Source: Curvularia clavata (Eukaryota). From it: a DNA stretch of 64,000 nucleotides. Below, piece after piece: positions 48,862 to 63,229 of this stretch. Made by a program: the position numbers and the translations under genes. Position 1 is the first letter of the stretch. The number at the start of each line of letters is the position of its first letter. Under the pieces are notes generated by a model that did not search any database, was not told the origin of the DNA, and saw only the letters and a program-made list of their open reading frames with translations. The DNA is taken from assembly GCA_023920165.1 (NCBI GenBank), contig CP089276.1, positions 1,736,001 to 1,800,000 on the forward strand. The letters run 5' to 3'.

Positions 48862-50672
48862 CTAGGTACTCCATGCCGCATTCCATATAACATGACCTAT
48901 ATCTCGTGCCGTATTTACTGTGTCAACAACCCTGCCCAGCAGTGATGGGGGCAGGGGCTCTTCTTCGTCGTCTCCAAATGGCATAAACATGCCCGACGGC
49001 GTTCTTTTTAGCTGCCCACTTTGCAGCGATGTTGAGGAATCGCTGCGTCGAAATGAATATGGGTCAGAGATGGTTGGTGTACTTGATCGCCTTGTGCCAT
49101 AGGTACTTGAGGAATCAAAGTACTCGTCACTCTCGTCGTCGTCTTCAGCTAGCAGGAAATTCCGCGACGGATTCGAGGGCTTCAGGGTTTCTGATGAGGG
49201 CGAGGGGGAGAGGCCCCGTGGCTTCCAGAATCCAAGGGAATGCGACTGCTGCGAGTCTGGGACATCAGGTGAATCTGTTCTATACTTGAGTGTGGTGGAG
49301 GGCAGCTTTGCAATAGTTTTGTTATCGCCGCTAATACTGGCTGTCGAGGCAGTGCGCGATAACGGCTTTCTCCTGCGCGATCGCTTCATCATGACGACAC
49401 CCTCATCCGAGGAGGAATCATTATCCTGGTACTTTGCCCAGGGGTTGTGGTTGCAGTCGTCTTCTTCGTCGTCGGCGTCTTTGCACTCGACGGCGATGCA
49501 TTGCTCTACCTTGTCATCAAAGCGGATATGACGCTTCTCTCCGTGGTCCGGCGTGTGCAGCTCGGATGTGGTTCTGGAAGAAAAGTAGTCGGTTCCTTCG
49601 GAAAGGTGGCCTCGGGACAGGGTGGAAGATGTGGGGAAGTCGGGAGTAACGCGGCCGATGATTGGCCGGGGCCTCCGCATGTCCAGCGTCACACCGGTTG
49701 TTCGCTGTGCCTGGACCGACTCGGCAGCCTGCTGGACCAGCGAAGACGACGAGAGGGATTTTTGCAGCATGGCCTCTGACATGCTCCGCTTTTTGAGAAT
49801 GGGCTTCTTGACGCCATTGACAAAGGAATTCGTCTTGGACAGGCGGCTGGCCGGCTCTGAATTTTGCCGAGAGCAGAATCGGTTGGATGCGGGCTGCAAT
49901 GGGCCGTAGAGCCATGTCACGTCGACGTCTTTGAGCCTAATGCGATTCGTCAGTCGAGGTCAGAGCAAAAGAGAAAAAAAAACCTGCAACATGGGCGCAC
50001 GGATGGGGGTTGATCGACACCCCTGCCGTGGCTGCCGATCGAAATCACCAAAACTCACCAATTCAGCGTCTCGGGCGACACCGTCTTCAGTTTAAACTGG
50101 GCCTTGGCCCACGTTCGCCACGAGGCATTTTCCAGTCTAGAGCGCTCGCCGTAGACGTTGCGGTGCTCGACAATGTGCCGCCACGAGGACCAAATGTCCT
50201 CCTCTCGCCACTCGTACGAGAGGTAATCGACATGGTGCGAGGGCTCCTTGCGCACGGCCGTGTCATCCTCGGACATTGGGAGAGGGTCGGGCGTGGTCAG
50301 CGGTGTGTCGGACGGGAAGCCCTCCGTGGGCGAAGGTGAGGGCGGTGCAGGGGCCTGCATGGCTGCTGCACTGGCCGATTTTGAGGTGCTCTTGTCTTGC
50401 TGGCGGGCTGCACCGTACCGAGGAAACGACAGCCCATCGTCGTCGTTGTCGCTGCTACCCGACTCGTCCGACTTTGTGTCGAGCGAGAGGCTGCTGGAGG
50501 GAGTCGAGTAGAGTGACGAGGTGCGCGAGGAGCTGAGCGATGGCGAGCGCAGGTCGGGCAGAGAGTACTGGTTCTTGCGGAGAGGCGAGTAGGCGTCGTA
50601 GGCGAGCGACGAAGACGAGGGGGAGCGTTGGAAGGGCGCAGCGTCTCGAGGAAGCGACAGCATGGCCGTCAT
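48862..50672 (-). CDS. REG1: Protein phosphatase 1 regulatory subunit, Reg1/Hex2-like
   Basis: 'VDYLSYEWREEDIWSSWRH', 'RLENASWRTWAK', 'ETLNW|LKDVDVTWLYGPL' (intron 50058-49937), KPILKKRS, and the RVxF-type motif RHIRF. Confidence 0.8.
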
Positions 50673-52768
50673 GTCGGGGTGGTGGGCGAGCAATGCCTCA
50701 CTATCAATCACAGCTTCTGCCACAGGGCGTCGATGGGGTTGGGGTAGGCGATGGGTGTCGACATGCGGCTTGTGGCAACTCGGCGGGCTCGAGCAAATTG
50801 TGGGGGACAAGCTTGGGGGAAGGAGAGTTCTTAACCGGGCGGATAGTCGACGGCAGGGCGGTAGGCAGGGCGGGCGTGCGTGGGGGGTTGCGTGATGAGG
50901 GAATTGGCAGGCGGCGGCGCGGAGGGAGAGGACTGGAGAATTGAAGGTTTGGATGTGGATGGCAATAGTGCGGAAAGCTTCGACCTAGACCGTCACCCAG
51001 GGCCAGCGCAGGCTAGCCGCAACCCCGCAAGCTCGGGACTGACTTGGCCGTAGGGGAGCATCCCGCAAGTACTCGAGGCATGCCTGCACACACGCACGAG
51101 GCGGGCCTTGACCGATATGGCGTCCTGGCAAATGGGAGGCGCCCTGACGGCCTCAGGACTCGAGGCAGCGCCGGGCGACGGTGACGGGCTCCACAGCGTT
51201 GCGTGCTGCTATCGAGTAGCTGCAGAGCAGGCCTGTCCGCTTGATCGGCATGCAGCCCAACAATTGAAGCCCTCTCAAGCCTAGACCGCTGCTAGTCGCT
51301 GTCGTCTCGACGACGCGCCTCGTCGGCCGGCTGTTGTATGGCCAGCCCGTGGCCGGGGATGATGCATGCGCTGACGGCGAAGCCTTGGACTGCCGGGCGA
51401 CTTGAGAGGGGAGGGGGACACGAGGCGCGCGGGGAAGCGTTTGCGCTGACGGCATGCTGGATAGTAGGTAGTCGACGACAGAGGCTGAGGATGCTGGTCC
51501 TGGCCTGGTGGCCGCCTCGCGCTTCCATTATGCACTGCGACGCATGCCCGCCTCGCTAGCCCTCCGCCTAGCTTCTCAACACCATTCCGCGGCTCAACAC
51601 ACGGTCGGGGATATGACGAAAACCATCCACAGCCCTCCGCCAAACGCCTGCTCCTCCGCACCTGCCCTCAATCCCCGGTGCTGCCATGGGCGAACCTGTG
51701 GGGAATATGACGCCCACCCGCTGCACCGCGACTTCAACAAGGCGAATCCCTCTCCCGCGACTGGCTCGACGCCTCCTTATCAGCCCCGTATCCTGCCTAT
51801 GCAACGTCGATGCAGCAACTGTAAACTCATGATACCCGTTGCCGCCTGAATCTCGAATCGAAGCCCCAGAAGCTGCTCGAAACACGCCAACAAGGACCCA
51901 GCTATAACGCTTTTCAGTGGAGCATGTCGTCCATGAGTCACGCCCAGCGCTTCAAAACTTACACATTCCTCCGCTGAGGGCTTTTTTTTTCTCTCAGCCG
52001 GGCTGCCCTCGCAAAATACTCGCGCTACTACTCTCTGCCCCTCTCTTCCTCAGCGTTGTTCAAGCCATGGGCCCGAGAACCTGTACGCCTGCTACTATGT
52101 GCGTCCTGTGTTACGTCATATATAGGATCCGTTTCCGCGGTCCTTGAGCCGCACCCCACGCGAAGCTGTCTCTTGGCCTTCAGATTCCTTTGTGGCCGCA
52201 GTGGGAAGGTGGTGACTCTCTGCCCCCGACCATGGAACTCATCAACAGACGTTGACAGCCGTGGAACGTCGTACAGCAGTCTTCGACCCACCCATCCGTG
52301 GCGCATACACAGGGCTGAAAAGCCGCACCGAGCAACTGCGGCTCCTTCCTTGGCCTGTATACGGTACATCTTGATACACCCTGATACACATGCAATTTCG
52401 TTTTTTTTTTTTTTTGCGCACATCTGCACATGACCACATTCGCAATACACAATGTACAAGTACTCTTTTACTATTACAAAGCAGCCTTCCACCGCCTCTC
52501 CTGCCTGTGACTGAAAACCGCCAGTAGAGCCAATAGATGGCCCAGCGTCGCATCGATCTAGCCGACGACTCTGCAGGGATTTGGCCGCTGGCTCGGTCTT
52601 CGTGATCCTGAAACTCCGAATCGCGCGAACCCGACCCTAATAACCGTCGTCGCCTCTGCAACGAAAAATCAGGGTCGCCGTTTTTTTTGCACGCTGCCAT
52701 ATAATATGCCCCAGTCGTGTCGCACCTTATTTCTTCTTTTCTGCTAGTCGTCCTTTGTCAACTCTAAC

Positions 52769-54963
52769 ATGACCAGCGCTCACGATACGTCAGCCCCGGC
52801 CGGGGAAACCCTGTCAGAGGCTAATGACCAACTGCCGAGTAAAGAAATCAGCACTGCAACCCCGTCGAGCAATCGCAGCGTGGCCGAACGAGATGGTGTC
52901 ACAGACGAGGAGCCGAAAAATGTAGATGACAAGAGCGCGCCTGCAAATGGCCCTGGTGACGCTCCTCCAGCGCCCGGCCCACACGACGATGAGCGCCCGC
53001 AAAGAACAAAATTGCAGATCGCTCTCATCATGTTCTCACTATGCGTCGCCGTTCTTCTCGTCGCCCTGGATATCACCATTGTTACGACTGCCTTGCCTAC
53101 CATCTCAGAGGACTTCAAGAGTGCGGCTGGATACACATGGATTGGCACCGCATATCTCATTGCTCAGTCGGCCGCCACGCCCATCTGGGGCAAAGTCTCT
53201 GATATCTTTGGAAGGAAACCTATTCTGCTCCTCACCAACGCTATATTCTTTGTCGGCTCCCTACTTGCTGGAGTGTCCGTCAACATGAATATGCTGATTG
53301 CTGCAAGAGTAATACAAGGCATCGGTGGCGGTGGCTTGATCACGCTGGTCAATATTACCATATCGGATCTTTTCTCAGTCCGGGACCGAGGCCAATACTT
53401 TGGTATGATTGGCGGGGTCTGGGCACTGGCAAGTTCCCTCGGCCCGGTCATTGGAGGACTCTTTACCCAAAAGGTTTCCTGGAGATGGTAAGTAGGACAT
53501 ATGCATGGACTACGTGAACAAAAAAAAAAATACAGGACGCCTGTCCACGCTGCGGAGCGTTCTGTGGTTTTTTTCGACCTGTTGCATCAAAGGCAATCAC
53601 TTGGAACATACGCTGACTTGGCTTGTCCTTTAGGTGCTTCTACATCAATCTGCCCTTTGATGGAGTAGCGTTCATAATCCTCCTAATCTTCCTCAATGTT
53701 AATACCCCTAAAACACCATTACGCAAAGGTCTCAAGGCTGTCGACTGGCTGGGCTCGTTCACCATGGTCGGTGGGGTTATTATGTTGCTGCTTGGGTTGG
53801 AATTTGGTGGCATTACATATCCCTGGGACTCTGCAACCGTCCTCTGTCTCATCATCTTTGGAGTCGTAGTTATCGGTATCTTCTTCTTGATTGAGTGGCG
53901 GGTAGCGCCCTACCCCTTGATGCCTCTCGAGCTCTTTTCGAAGCGGTCCAACTTGGCTGCCTTGGCAACTTGCTTTCTACATGCCTTTGTCTTCATCAGC
54001 GGCAACTACTTCCTTCCGCTCTACTTCCAGGCGGTCCTCGGAGCCACACCCATTCTTTCGGGCGTCTATCTCCTGCCACAAGCCCTCTCCCTGTCCTTCC
54101 TTTCCGCATTTACCGGAGTGGTCATCAAGAAGACCGGCCAATACCTGCCCCTGATCTGGTCCGGCATGGTTTTGATGACCCTAGGCTTTGGACTCTTTAT
54201 TGATTTCGATGTCAATTCATCCTGGGCTAAGATCATCATCTACCAGATCATTGCAGGCATTGGCGTGGGTCCAAACTTTCAGAGCCCCCTCATTGCTCTG
54301 CAGAGCCTTGTACCGGTAAGTTCCTCCACCAGTCCGTGCCTCGGTCGCTTATGCATACGTCGACACAATGCAGTACATACGCAGCGAGCGGGGTTGTACT
54401 CTTGGCTGTCATTACCATCGCCACTAGTACACCGATGCTAACAACCCTTGCAGAAACGCGACATTGCTACTGCGACCGCCACCTTTGGGTTTACCCGCAA
54501 CCTTGGCTCAGCCATCTCGGTTGTCGTCGGAGGCGTGGTATTCAACAATCAGATGAAATCTAAGCAGCCCCAACTTGCTACTGTACTGGGCCCACAAGTT
54601 GCATCATCGTTTGGTGGGGGTTCTGCCGGCGCAAATGTAGGGCTTATCCAGTCGCTGCCCGCTTCGCAAAAGTATGTGGCCAGAAAGGCCTTTGCGGACT
54701 CGTTGAGCACCATGTGGATACTATACGTTGCCTTTGCCGCCGCGGGACTTTTGGTCAGTCTCCTGATTCAGCGCAACTTGCTTGACAAACAGCACGAGGA
54801 AACCAAGACTGGTCTGGAGGCTGAAAAGACGAAGAGACTCGAGAGAGAGGCCGAACGAGCTGAGAGACGGAAAAAGAAGGCCAGCAAGGGCTCCTTACCG
54901 ATGGATCCAGAAGCACAGGCAAGCGATCCTGAGGTTGGCCAGGGAAAAGAAACAACAGCGTGA
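52769..54963 (+). CDS. MFS drug:H+ antiporter, 14-TMS DHA2 family
   Basis: 'LVALDITIVTTALPTI', motif A 'WGKVSDIFGRK', 'RVIQGIGGGG', 'SWRW|CFYINLP'; two introns. Confidence 0.92.
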
Positions 54964-55648
54964 TTCCTTTTTCTTGATCATAGAAAGACCCGGACTTTGC
55001 ATTAGCGTCGCATCAAGCATTGTTTTCTGTTCCACGGATATGAATACTCTTAATATTGAAAAGTGTCGTAGGTTTTATTGAAACTGCGATGAGTAAACAT
55101 ACATGCATGTAGTGAGCATGAGTTAATCAAGTACATCCAAAATCTGCAGGGTATTGAAAGTTTTGATTGCATTCAGTCCGCCGATTTTGATGTGGAGCAA
55201 ATAAAAGGGCTCATGTGTCCGACTGTAAGAGCTCGTTTGTGCAATTGTAACTGCAACCTTAACGTGGCCTGCTTCGAAGATGGCAGTAGGCTGGGCATAT
55301 GTCTTAGGCGTAGGGTAGAATTGTAGAAATAGTGTGATAGGGATTTTAGTATAGAGAGGAAATCAGGATAAATTTAAAATGTAAAGGAAAATACTGCTCT
55401 GTATGAAAGCAAAGCACTGTCAATGATGATCCATCGCTCGATGGTCCATGGTGGTGATGCCATGTCACGTGCGCCAATCGCCAATCGCAGCGGAGTCGAT
55501 TCAAAGCTCACCAACACCACCGCTCGCGCGTATCCACATCACCGCCGACGCCAACCTCTGCCTTAGGACTGCTCGGACTGCTTTCTCTAGAGCGTTCCCA
55601 ACATACCGACGTGAATTACTCGCCCGCGCACGCCTCGCCGCCGCCGCA

Positions 55649-56113
55649 ATGCCGACACCCGAGTCCGAACTCTTTCTGGCCAAAAAGCCAAAGGTTGCGC
55701 CAACCTTCAACGGTGTCGACTACGAAGACAACACTGCCCTCAAGGCCGCACAGGACGCTATCATCAGGGAGCAATGGGTCAGGAGCATGATGGCAAGACT
55801 GGTGAGGGAGGAGATGGGCAAATGCTACCGGAGGGAGGGAGTCAACCATCTGGAGAAGTGTGGACACTTGCGAGGTAGGTTTCTACAGTACAGGAGGCAA
55901 ATTTTAGAGGAAGATTTGTTTGCATATACAAAAGATGCGTTGGAGCCGAAGAACGGCTGCATTGGTGCAAGGACAATAGAGCATGATCCTGGGTCTTGAG
56001 ACATGGCTAACAGCGGCTGTACAGAGCGATACTTTGAGCTTCTCAAGGATGCCAAGGTCAAGGGATACCTTTTTGCCCAACAAAACTACATCGACGAGGC
56101 GCTCAAGCGGTAG
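55649..56113 (+). CDS. NDUFB10: NADH:ubiquinone oxidoreductase 12 kDa accessory subunit (NDUFB10/PDSW)
   Basis: MPTPESELFLAKKPKVAPTF...IIREQWVRSMMARLVREEMGKCYRREGVNHLEKCGHLR|ERYFELLK; intron 55875-56023. Confidence 0.88.
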
Positions 56114-56549
56114 ACGACTCCGCAAAAGACGATGGGTATACGCACGATTACAGGCATGCCGGGCGAAACACACATTACCCAACAGCAACAGATGCCAACA
56201 CGAAGACAATGCAGAGATTTAATTTCTGGCAATCGGCAGGCATCTCGAGGAGAGATGCAACCGTCTTCTTAGCAAGCGAATCTGTATATATGCGTGCCGG
56301 AAGAGAGGCTGATGTAGCACGAATCATAGGAACCAAGTTTACAATTGCAATGGTATAGTCTGCTTTTGTCTGAACTAACGTGAGTTTTTACAAAATGTAG
56401 ATACATGACGTTGGCAAGGTACTCGCTAGACCCTGGGTTTGCTCGTAACCTCTGGCTACGATGTGATGAGGCCAAGGCTCACTCAACACCCCACTACTAT
56501 CGCGTACCTGCGTCGCAGCTCCTAACCACAGCAACCAACACGCAACACA

Positions 56550-58016
56550 ATGCCCTTCCCGTTCGTACTACCGACGACTTCGAGCATATCCTTTACCGAA
56601 TACTTCAGTAGCAGCACACATCCATCTCTACCAAACTGCGCAACCACTGCGCGGGGGGTCCTTCGCGATGTGCTCAAGCGACACAAACGCATACCGCCTT
56701 CTTCACAAGCCTCCAACTTCTCAATCGTGATATCTGCGCTCAATGATTACATACCATATCTATTTGCACTGGATGCAGGTCTGAGTGGAGCCAGCTGTGC
56801 AGGAGAAGAAATCGACCTGGTGCTGGTCAAGGAGCTGGAAGTAGAATGGCGCTCAACACTAGGATCCTCAATACCAGGGCGAGAGCCTGCAAGAGTCAAG
56901 CTCAAGAGTCTAGATAGCGAATTGTGTTATACTCTGTCGACGCTGGCCTACGTCTACAGCCTCCAGGCTCGGGCTCAACTACATACGCTATATAATGCAA
57001 CCCTACCATCGCCCGAACAACGCGCAACGGCGATTAGTACGGCCATGAAGCATTTCCTCGAGGCAAATTCTATACACACATATCTGTTCAACCGCTCAGG
57101 ACAGTACAATTCGCAGCCTACAGCCATTGATATCTCAACGGCGGTGCTAGGTGCACTTGCAGAGCTCACCATGGCCGAAGCCACGCTTATCACAGTGCTC
57201 AAAGACGATCCCTACCCAGCCGTCGTTATAGAAGACAGAAACAAGCAGAGTAAGGACTGGATGTTTAGAGGTGTCGAAATACCAAAAGTCCGCGCACACT
57301 TGTTCGCACGCCTGTGCCTTGCTTCAGCCGAGCACGCAGCAAAAGCCCAAGCCATGCTGGGCCGCTCGTCAAAGATCAGCGATGATCTGCTCAAATACGT
57401 CGACGACCTAAGGCGCACAGCCAAGGGCAAAGCTTGTCGTTTTCTCGCTTGCGATGCCGAGGCAGGCGGAAAGACGGGAGAGGGAATTGCGTGGCTCCGC
57501 GGCGCAAAGAAGGAGCTGGGTTTTGCGGCGTTGGGGGCAGAGGAGGATAAAAAGGCGTCTGGATTTTCTAAACTCAAGAAAGAGTGGCAGGAGAAGAGGG
57601 AAGATCGAAAGATTGAGAAGGGTGCGGATTGGGGGACCGACGCAGGCAAGTTTGAGGAGGGGAGGATAGTCGATATGCTGTTGAAGAAGTGGGAGAAGCA
57701 GAATGATACGGTATGTCTTTGGCCTCCAAATTGCCTTTATGTTTTCTAATCCCCTCAGGTTGGCGTCCAACTCATACCTCCCTCTGAGCCGCTACTTGCA
57801 AGCATGCCGTCTGGCCGCGAGTATCACACAACAAAGATGTTTGTCGTGCCGGCGCTTGATGAGGATGCGCTTGTCCGTATGAGGGCACCTCCGGATCCAA
57901 GCGAAGCTTTCAAGGGCAATGAAGACGATAGTGCTGATGAGGACGAGCGAAGTGCACCTGCTGGAGCGTTTCCAGGGACGAAGGCTGACTACGAGCCTAG
58001 CACAAGTTATTACTGA
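56550..58016 (+). CDS. palC: pH-response regulator PalC (Bro1 domain)
   Basis: MPFPFVLPTTSS N-terminus, 'EIPKVRAHLFARLCLASAEHA', 'GKTGEGIAWL', intron near 57711-57758, 'MPSGREYH', C-terminal di-tyrosine. Confidence 0.88.
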
Positions 58017-58372
58017 TGCGAGATATGGTCGTTAGCAATATACGTGGGTTTGGCATTCACCAGGAAACGTCTCGCTTCGAATGCATTTGTGGATCTTCTT
58101 TTTATCTATCGTTGAATACTCGAAGATAGTCACGGCCGTGCCTGTGAACAACGCACCCACCTCGACAAACCGTAGAGCATCCATATACAAATTACATCTC
58201 TACTATCACAGCACATCCGGGGTGCCTTTACTCTCCATCGACCAATCCGTCCCTACTGCCATCACACCAACAGCACTAACACTACCAAAATCCCTACACC
58301 CAGCCTATCACGCACCCCCGTCCATCCAAAGACCCTTTTCGTAATCCCTCCAAAAACCGGTCCCAAAAACCA

Positions 58373-58713
58373 AGATAACGAGTAGGGACCAGCCAGAAAC
58401 CCCCGCCTTACCTATTCTAGCATGTCCACCCGTCTGTTTGCGATAACCGGTCATACCTCAACGCGCCCCTGTGACAGCGGCCAAATCCGTTAGATACGCA
58501 TAGATAGACAGATAACCGGAACCGTTCCGTGCCTGTACTGTGTGTATCTGCTTGCCCGACATTTTTACCTAGTAAGGTTTAAAGCACTTCTTGGCTTCTC
58601 GGTTTTGGCGTTTGGTTATACGAAGGCCGCTCGACCTAACCCCTGCAGGGTTTCCCCGCACTGTGGGTCGGAACTTGGGAAGACTGATAAAGGGTGGGTG
58701 TGGTGGGAGATAA
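58373..58713 (+). promoter_or_regulatory. Cluster of GATAA/GATAG sites upstream of the amino-acid permease (possible AreA/NIT2 control)
   Basis: AGATAA 58373, CGATAA 58441, AGATAG 58502, AGATAA 58510, TGATAA 58685, AGATAA 58708, all in one orientation. Confidence 0.5.
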
Positions 58714-59257
58714 GGGGAATTGTTGCACATGGCACACGTAACGAGCTTTGTTTTATTCGTCCTGTTGAACCTTGTTTACCGATGAGGGCGTTCGCGCGAC
58801 TGTCATGTCGCGTGGACTATCTAGTTTGGGAGGTGTGGTGGGTGTGATGGGGTTTGGGCGTGTGTTGTGTGTATCCGCTCGATCATCACACCGGGGACGT
58901 GGTCCCGCGATGTGGACATGGGTTTGGGATGGGGGCAGGGGACACGGGAAGGTTAGTTCTGTGTAATGTAATTCATCGTGTACATATATATATATATCTG
59001 AGGGTAAATGATATGCGCCCACACATTGCGCTCTCCCTCCCTCAATTTGACTTTGCGATGCTGAATCTGACCGTGGATATATACACCGTGTATATACCTG
59101 TTTCCCACGCGTAGGAGAAAAAGACGAAACGGAAACCTTGCTTTCTGGCTCCGGATAACTCGGGATCGAGGATTTTTTTTTACACTTTGCTTCTTTGCGG
59201 CGAATTGGTTGTATCTTGGTCTGCTGGCCGCGTGCCCAATAGCTCGTTTTGCCGACA

Positions 59258-61123
59258 ATGACGACGCACCACACCGTTGCCGAGGAGCCTGTGACGTCGG
59301 TCCTGCCCGACGGCGATGTCCCGTTCGACGCTTCGCACGCGCTCAATGCGGATGAAGAGGTGCTGGCGGCGCTGGGATACAAGTCGGAATTCAAGAGAGA
59401 GTTTTCGCTTTTCACGACGTTTTGTGTGAGCTTTGCGGTGTTGGGGCTCCTCCCGAGTTTCGCATCCACGCTGTACTATGGCATGGGATATGCAGGCACC
59501 GCAGGCATGACTTGGGGATGGATAGTGGCCATGATTGGGATTCAGTGCGTGGCTATGGGTATGGCGGAGCTGTGTAGCAGTATGCCCACCAGTGGAGGGT
59601 TGTACTATGCTTCTGCTGTTCTGGCGCCTTCAGGATGGGGGCCCTTTGCAGCGTGGATTACGGGTTGGAGCAATTGGCTTGCGCAGATTACGGCTGCGCC
59701 TTCTGGCAAGTAATATTGATTGAGATTGTTCCATCAAGAGGCGCAAGTGTTGACTGGCTGAGTAGTGAACTACGGAATCGCAGCCATGATCCTGGCGGCC
59801 GCGAGCATCAACGATCCGTCCTACGTCCCGACCGACTATCAGACTTTTCTGCTTACGACGTTCATCATGATCATCCATGCGATTCTATCCTCAATGCCGA
59901 CGCGTTGGCTTGCACAGTTCAACTCTGCAGGCTCGACATTCAACTTCCTTGCTCTGATCGCCGTCATCATCATGATACCTGCCGGAACGGACCGCACTGA
60001 GCGTGGACTTCCCCGTTTTACTCCTTCGAGCGAAGTCTGGGGTACCATCTATGAGGGAACATCGTTTCCTCCTGGAATCTCTGTCCTCATGTCGTTTATT
60101 GGCGTTATCTGGACCATGTCGGGCTACGACTCACCCTTTCATCTTGCCGAAGAATGCTCAAATGCCAACATCGCCTCTCCGCGCGCTATCGTCTTAACAT
60201 CGGCTACAGGAGGCATCTTTGGTTGGTTCTTGCAACTCGTCGTTGCGTACACTGTTGTCGATATCGACCAGGTCCTCAGTTCAGAGCTTGGACAGCCTTT
60301 TGCAGCCTATCTAATGCAGTGCATGACGCAAAAGATGACTCTGGCCATCCTTTCTTTGACCATCATCGCAGGATTCAGTATGGGCCAGGGTTGTATGATC
60401 GCGGCGTCAAGAGTGACTTTTGCATATGCACGCGACGATTGCTTCCCGCTGAGCCGGTACTGGAAGACGGTTAATCGACATACCAAGACGCCTGTGAACG
60501 CCGTGTGGTTCAACTGCGTCATCGGTATTCTCTCCTTGCTACTCATTTTTGGAGGGGAGTTGGCTGTTGGTGCACTATTTTCCATTGGTGCAATTGCGGC
60601 TTTTGTGTAAGTGCTGTTTTGTTTCGATTACTGCATGTGTGGCTTGCTAATTCTTGGTCAGTGCCTTTACCATTCCCATCTTCATACGCGTCTTCTTTGT
60701 CGGAAACCGCTTCAGGCCTGGCCCTTGGAACCTGGGCAAGTACTCTAGTGCTATTGGCACGATCGCATGCAGTTTTGTCTTCTTGATGATACCTATCCTC
60801 TGCTTCCCCAGCGTCACTGGCGCCGATCTGACGTAAGTTTTCCACAATTGCTGGCTTCTGCTGCAATTTCACTGGTAGACAGAGCTAACGGCCCTCACAG
60901 TGCAGCCGACATGAACTGGACGTGTGTTTGCTATGGTGGACCCATGTTGATGATCACAGTATGGTGGTTTGTGTCAGCACACAAATGGTTCAAGGGCCCC
61001 AAGGTGAATATCGAACACTTGATGTTCGGTCGCGACGAAGTCGTGGTAGAGGGCCATCCCCTGAAGGGTGATGGCGATAGTGATGCCGGCGAAGTGGCTC
61101 CCGATAAGATTGCAAAGTCATGA
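59258..61123 (+). CDS. APC-superfamily amino acid/GABA/polyamine permease (ACT family, UGA4/TPO5-like)
   Basis: 'LAALGYKSEFKREFS', 'MAELCSSMPTSGGLYY', 'GYDSPFHLAEE', 'ASRVTFAYARD', 'AHKWFKGPK'; three introns, the first with a GC donor (59706-59765). Confidence 0.92.
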
Positions 61124-63229
61124 GATGATGCAGTTAGTGTGTACATGATTGTATAGTCCAATGAATTATTTTGTTTGGTTTGTTAAGACGTATGGACAGC
61201 CAGCGCTAAGACTCCGCTGCATCGTGACCTCAACCTCACTGGAACAATGGGGCAGTATATGTTAAAAAGAATACACTTTTTATCAGCTCAGAGATATATC
61301 AAATTGGTATATTTGCTCTAAGGTACACTGTGACAGAACAAACAACGCGCGCTAGGCTTTGATTAAATGAAAAGCCTGAATCTGACAGCATGAACAGCAT
61401 TTATTCTGTGAGTGGACCAGTTCCGCGCAAACAGCCCCTAAACCGCTTGTTTCCAGGCTGCGAGCCTCTCAATAAACACAAAAGAACTTTCGAAGCAGCT
61501 TTTGCAGGGACTGCCTTATGAACTGCTACTTGCATCCGAAGAGGATTTCACTTCTGAACTGAATCTCAAAGTTAGCTATCACAATATCCAAGTTCTTTTC
61601 GCAGTCTTTACGAACTCGGAATAATACTTGAATAAGAAAAACCCAAAATATGTTCAAAAGCTACAAGAAACCCCTCGGATAAAGTCTCGCCAATAGTCTG
61701 ATTGACCAGACTGCCTGGCTCTGTGGGTGCTTGTATGTACTTCTCTTGGTTGTCGTTGGCATCTAGGCCTACATCCTAGCTGAGCACGTTTCTGCCTAAT
61801 GCGCCACTGTCGTCGCATTCTATGAGCCTCCATGTTCTTTGGCACACGTGCTGCTTCTGGTGCTTGTCGTTGGACAACTGTTGAGAATGTGTTTCGGTTT
61901 TGTGGACGAGGAACCATTTGGCCAGGCTTCCATGCCCCTACTGAAGGAGTAGGTACTCCTTTTATGGTTGAAGCACGGGAAATTGTTCGAAAGTATTTCA
62001 AAGTCAGAGACATAGTATCCGTAAGTATTAGGTGAGGGACGAATGCTATGTCGTGTAGCGTGTATGGAAGTAGATTGCAGAACAATGTTAAATAAAAGAG
62101 AGAGGAGAGAGAAAACACGATAGCACTTATATGGTGAAGAGTTTGAATAATGGGCTAATGTTGACATGAACCCATGGTTCATCATCGACGGGTCCAAAAA
62201 ACATAGCTGCTTTGACTCACTTTGCCAGAACCCTGCAGCACATTTTCTCTCAAATATAAGAACCTCTACAATTTGAAATTTCACAACTAATGTTATCACA
62301 GCTATCGCCAATCTTGCATTCTGTGTTGTCAAGGTATGGATAGTTTTGTCGTTGTGTAGCGGAAGAGGTTTGGGTGGATGACCAGTGACTGCAACCAATC
62401 ACTCGTAGAGTGGACCTATCACGAGCATGACTAGATCCTCTTGCTGGACTTGCTTGACCTGAATTCAGGCTTCTTGTAAGGCACATTGCTGTGGCCGGTC
62501 CCAGACAATGCAATTCAAACGTACAGTGCCAAAGGTCCACCTTGTGTCTTGACCCTTCAGTGGCCTGCGCAATACGCTACACATCTAACGGTGCATAACT
62601 ATACTATCAGTCGTTGTTTACAAAAGATCCTCGAAAGTAGCTGCACAGTCCCTGACATCGCGTGAGATGATAGAACTGCCGGGGAGGGACGCGCGTGATG
62701 TTTTTCGCCTGAACATCTCAACGTCTCCAACTACATCACTGACCTGAGGTGAAGAGCCACAGTTCGTAAGTTTGCTGTCCAGCGATTTTGCTGACCAGAA
62801 ATACAACGACTAAGATCAGCATCTTAAGGGATCTTGCCTCATGAAGGCCTTTAACGACCAGCTGATCGATCGGCAATACTAGCGTTTCCTACCCTGTTAT
62901 CCCTCTCGAAATCTACATTTCTCGCTGAACTTGCAGGTCAGCATCGCCAACATTAATCAGGGCCTAGCTCTATCCATGTGTCTTACCTGCCCGAGGCATT
63001 CGCATCAGCTCTGTTTAGAGCATCCTGTCTACACGACGTTCTGGCCACCACTTGGTTTTTCCTTCGTCTGTACCTCTCTGACTTTGAATTGGTGCTAACG
63101 CGATTCTGCGCTTAGACCTCCGCACGATGAATTCTTCGCTTGGTGTTGAGTGCGGCACATTCGGCCGGTTTTGGCAAACCCATTCAAGTGAATGGTTCCA
63201 GTAATCGGCGACATGCGACACATCTTAAA

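Noticed and set aside
52769..61123. Secondary-metabolite cluster around the MFS transporter
   Set aside because: The neighbours are housekeeping genes; there is no backbone synthase or tailoring enzyme in the window.
61654..62118. 154-aa minus-strand ORF
   Set aside because: No recognisable family or supporting signals; too weak to call.
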